Part shown: positions 59,948 through 64,000 of the stretch, piece after piece | How the letters are laid out: each line of letters starts with the position of its first letter | How positions within the stretch are numbered: position 1 is the first letter of the stretch | Assembly (NCBI RefSeq): GCF_044704955.1 | Contig: NC_091979.1 | Coordinates: forward strand, 84,320,001 to 84,384,000 | Direction: 5' to 3' | DNA from: Pristiophorus japonicus | Lineage: Eukaryota | Length of the DNA: 64,000 nt | Notes under the pieces: model-generated | Seen by the model: the letters and a program-made list of their open reading frames with translations, nothing else | The model's database searches: none | Told to the model about the DNA's origin: nothing | Made by a program: the position numbers and the translations under genes

Positions 59948-61465
59948 GGGGGAATTTTAACCCCCAAAAAACAGATGGGTTGGGGATGGGTGGGAAGTTA
60001 AAGTGTTTAAACATCTGAATCCCAACTAGAGTCCACCTCCAACCCGCCTACTTCCGGTATTAATGGAGGCGGGGATGGGGGTGGGCAGCCAACCCGCTCC
60101 CTGGAGGCGGGTCACCTATTTAAATATTATAATGAGGCTGCCGTGCCTTAGATTTAACCACTATTTAAAATTTAACAGTGGCTGGTCGGGTTTTGCAGGC
60201 CTTGGAAGGCGAGGACTGCTGGATCCAGGCAGTAAGTGCCTTTACACTTACCTCCAGGATCTAGTGTCCCTGCCGAACCCACTCCCCATGATCGGAGATC
60301 CCCAACATGGCCTCTGATCCCCTCCGCCCACCCCCCCCCCCCCCAGGCCTCAGATTCCCCCCACCCCAGGCCTCTAATCCCCTCCACGAGGCACCCCCAT
60401 CCCCCCACTGAAGATCTGCAGGTTGCCCCCAATGTTTTCTGCCTCCTATCCAAGTACTTTTTAAATGCTATGTGGATTTCTGCCACCCTTTCAGGCAGTT
60501 CCAGACCCCCACTATCCTCTGGGTGAAAACATTTCTCTTCAAATCCCCTCTAAACCTCCTGCCACTTACTTTAAATCTATATCCCCTGGTTATTGACCCC
60601 TCTGCTAAGAGGAATAAGCACCTCATAATTTTATAAACCTCAATTATGTCTCCCCTCAGCCTCCTCTGCTCCAAAGAAAACAACCCCAGCCTATTCAATC
60701 TTTCCTCATAGCTAAAGTTCTCCAGTCCTGGCAACAGCCTCATAAATCTCCTCTGTACCCTCTCTAGTGCAATCACATCTTTCTTGTAGATGATACAAAA
60801 AATGGCCATGTGGTTGATAATGAAGAAGTAAGCTTTAGACTGCAGGAAGATAACAATGGACTGGTCAGGTGGGTAGAACAGTGGCAAATGAAATGTAATC
60901 CTGAGAAGCACTTGGGGAGGGCTAACAAGGCAAGGGAATACACAGTAAATGGTAGAACACTGAGAAGTCTAGAGGAACAGAAGGTCCTTGGAGTGCATGT
61001 CCATAGATCCCTGAAGGTAGCAGGACAGGTAGATAAGGTGGTTAAGAAGGCATACGGGTACTTGCCTTTATTAGCCAAGGCATAGAATATAAGAGCTGGG
61101 AGGTTATGCTTGAACTGCATAAAACACTAGTTAGGTCACAGCTAGAGTACTGCGTGCAGTTCTGGCTCCACCGGACTCCTGATCATGCTCCTCTCTCCCC
61201 CATGCTCCTCCGCTCCCCCAATCAGACCCCGGCCACCTCTCGATCCCTCCCTCGCTCTTCTCTGCGGCTTAGTGCTGCAGGCTACCTGCCCACAGCCAGC
61301 CAGCGTCTCCATCTGGCTGGCCGCAGATGGGAAACAGAGGATTCCAAAGCAAATCAGGCCCGCCATTAAATGCAGCAGGACCTGTGGGAAACCCATTCTC
61401 CCAGATTTCCCCACCGCTTCCGAGCCACCCCGTTCATAATCCACTAAAGGATTCAAATTCAGGCC
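59948..61465. mobile_element. Putative GC-rich MITE hosting a CR1 insertion
   Basis: gggggaattttaaccccc ... aaattcaggcc, with subterminal gggtgggaag / ccacccc similarity. TSD unclear. Confidence 0.45.
60430..61170. mobile_element. CR1 fragment with internal inversion
   Basis: 60430-60788 is on the minus strand (YKKDVIALERVQRRF...). 60789-61170 is on the plus strand (DDTK...QLEYCVQFW). Confidence 0.88.
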
Positions 61466-61774
61466 TATATATCAATTAACTTTCTGTAATAAAGTGCCTT
61501 CAGTCAAGATATGTAAAATTCCACATCCATGACTACAAATTATCCTAAAAACATAAACATCTGTCAATGAGTAGAGCTTGTTCTGGTGATTAATCTCATT
61601 GCTGGTTCATTATGCAAAATAGCTGCTGCTGATAATTTCCATATGCACTTGCACTCAAAGTTGCTTTCACTCAGCTCCACCTAACATGCTGCTGCCTGGT
61701 ATTTCAGCTTTCCTGTTAACTTTCCTCCAACAGGAAATTATTGAGAAACCTCTGAAACAGAAGGTTAGGCAGAT

Positions 61775-61898
61775 TTGCATTTACACAATGCTTTATCATG
61801 TCTGTCAGAAACATCTCAATGCTCTTTACATGCAATGAATTACTTTAAAGTGCAATGGCTATTGTTATGTAGGCAAATGCAACAGCTATTTTGCATAA
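61775..61898 (-). mobile_element. DeuSINE-like 3' fragment
   Basis: ttgcatttacacaatgc...caatgaattactttaaagtg...tgttatgtaggcaaatgcaacagctattttgc. Its distal end is the reverse complement of the 3' end of 7010-7355. Confidence 0.55.
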
Positions 61899-61899
61899 T

Positions 61900-64000
61900 T
61901 TTAAAAAATTTTAATATATACTTTATTCATATAAAAATTTGCACAATACATTGGAAAGCAGTTCAGTACATTTGGATGCGGTCAGCAATTCCATACAATA
62001 CATTTGGATGCTGACGGTAGTTCCGTTTAATACCTTTGCTTGCTTTACATTTCGAGGTACAATTCAGTACAATCCAGGATACATTGTAATACAGTCATCA
62101 AATTACGTTACATGTGGCACTATACGGTACACGGAATGGGTGAGGGTACAGTTACATTTCTTTGCAACATAAATTACTAAACAGAACTTGCATTATACAT
62201 GGCACTACATAGGTGTTTTCAGATCATGGTGCTCTATGTATACAAAAAGTTTACAAGTACAGCCCGAGGGGAGTTTTATACTGATTCCAGCCCCTGGGTT
62301 TACCGTGGCGGAAGGGCTTTAAACTGTGGCTCTTCCCCACCGTGCCTTTGCGGCGACTGCACCAAGTTTTAATGCGGCCCTCACCACGTACTCCTCGATC
62401 TTGGATTGCGCCAGTCTGCAACACGCAGACGTGGACATCTCCTTGCTCTGGAAGACCAGCAAGTTTCGGCAAGACCAAAGTGCATCTTTCACCAAGTTGA
62501 TGGCCCTCCAGCAGCAGGTGATGTCTGTCTCGGTGTGTGTCCCTGGGAACAGCCCGTAGAGCACAGAGTCCTGTGTTACGGAGCTGCTTGGGATGAACCT
62601 CGACAGCAACCACTGCATCTCCTTCCAGACCTGCCTTGCAAAGGGGCAATCCCGAAGGAGATGGATGACAGTCTCGTCCGCACCACATCCAACTCGGGGG
62701 CAGAGTGCCGTGTCTCTGAAACCCCAAGCTGTGCATGAAGGATCTGACGGGTAGGGCCCTCCTCACCGCCAACCAAGCTACGTCTTGGTGCTTATATGAA
62801 AGCTCTGGCGATAAGACGTTCTGCCAAACGAGTTCGACAGTCCGTTCAGGGAACCACCCGACAGGGTCCACCCTCTCCTTCTTTCGTAGGGCGTTCAGGA
62901 CCTTACGTGCTGACCACTGCTTTATGGCCTTGTGGTCCAAGGGGCTTTTTCTGAAAAACGTTTCCAGGAAGGACAGGTGGACAGGTATGGTTCAACTGGT
63001 GGGGGCATTTCGCGGCAGCGTGGCCAGACCCATCCTTCACAACACTGGGGACAGGTAGAACCTCAGCACGTAGTGACACTTGGTGTTTGCGTACGGAGGT
63101 CTGTGCACAGCTTGATGCAGCCGCACTCAAAAGGTGGCCATCAGGATGAGGGCCACGTTCGGAACATCCTTTCCTCCACTGTCCAGAGATTTGTACATCG
63201 TGTCTCTGCGGACACGGTCCATTTTGGACCTCCAGACAAAGTGGAAGATGGCCCGGGTGACTGCCGCAGCACAGGAGCGTGAGATGGGCCAGACCTGTGT
63301 CACGTGTAGCAACCCCGAGAGCACCTCACTCCAGGTTCTTTCCTGTAATGGAAAGGGAGTGCTGCTCCCACAATGCCAGTTTTTGTTTCACTTTGGCGAT
63401 ACGCTCTTCCCAGTTTTTGCCGCATGCCCCATCCGCTCCGAACCATATTCCCAACACCTTCAGGTAATTTGGCTAAACAGTGAAGGGAATAAAGGATCGG
63501 TCAGCCCAGTTGCCAAAGAACACGGCCTCGCTTTTGCTGCGATTGACCTTCGCTCCCGAGGCCTGTTCAAACTGGTCGCAGATTGTGAGCAACCTGCGGA
63601 CCGGCTGTGGATCCGAGCAAAAGATGCCGATGTCGTCCATGTACAGGGAGGTCTTGACCTGAGCGCCTCCGCTGCCTGAGATCGTCACCCCTCTGACGGC
63701 ATCCTTCTTGATGGACTCGGCAAAGGGCTCGATGCAGCACACAAACAAGACAGAGGAGAGAGGACAGCCTTGCCTGACTCCAGATCTGATTGGAAAGCTT
63801 TCAGTTTCCCACCCGTTGATTAGAACTGCACTACTGATGTCTGTGTAGAGCAGTTGGATCCAATTGCGGATACCCTCCCCAAACCCCATTTTGGAGAGCA
63901 CGTCCATCAGGTACGTGTGCGATATCCTGTCAAAGGCCTTCTCCTGGTTTAAGCTCATTAAGCAGGTGTCCACCCTCCTGTCTCGCACGTAGGCAATTGT
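61900..64000 (-). mobile_element. Tx1/L1-clade LINE, ORF2 RT to 3' end (frameshifted, continues beyond the window)
   Basis: LNQEKAFDRISHTYL, GVRQGCPLS, LYMDD, IFHFVWRSK and KDALWSCRNLLVF. AATAAA on the minus strand at 61922-61927 followed by an A-rich end. Confidence 0.9.

Overview
This window is vertebrate genomic DNA, most likely from a cartilaginous fish (shark). That inference rests on the repeat repertoire as I recall it: CR1/HER1-type LINEs with CATAGAAA/AAGAACAT tails, a SacSINE1/DeuSINE-like element and GC-rich Harbinger-like MITEs. It looks intergenic or intronic. I found no supportable host protein-coding gene, rRNA, tRNA or CRISPR array, and roughly two thirds is recognisable transposon debris in deep nests. 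Main content: (1) two full-length but frameshifted Gypsy (Mag-like) LTR retrotransposons, 15421-20085 and 52284-57021, both on the minus strand with 5-bp TSDs and a tRNA-Ser-like PBS; (2) many CR1, L2 and RTE LINE fragments, plus the 3' part of a Tx1/L1-clade LINE at the right edge; (3) PIF/Harbinger-like MITEs (3-bp TSD) and Tc1/mariner-like MITEs (TA TSD), several swollen by GC-rich minisatellites; (4) old SINEs (DeuSINE-like and AmnSINE2-like). The most notable observations are an RTE-tailed non-autonomous retroelement family (4 copies) with conserved hairpins, an internal VNTR and no obvious tRNA head; a palindromic Penelope-derived element with degenerate hammerhead cores and a 15-bp TSD; an 8.4-kb nest that splits a CR1 ORF1; a Harbinger MITE inserted into its own family; a 49-bp RTE TSD; and a twin-priming-like CR1 inversion. 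Family names come from recalled motif similarity, not from database searches. Most boundaries without a TSD are approximate.
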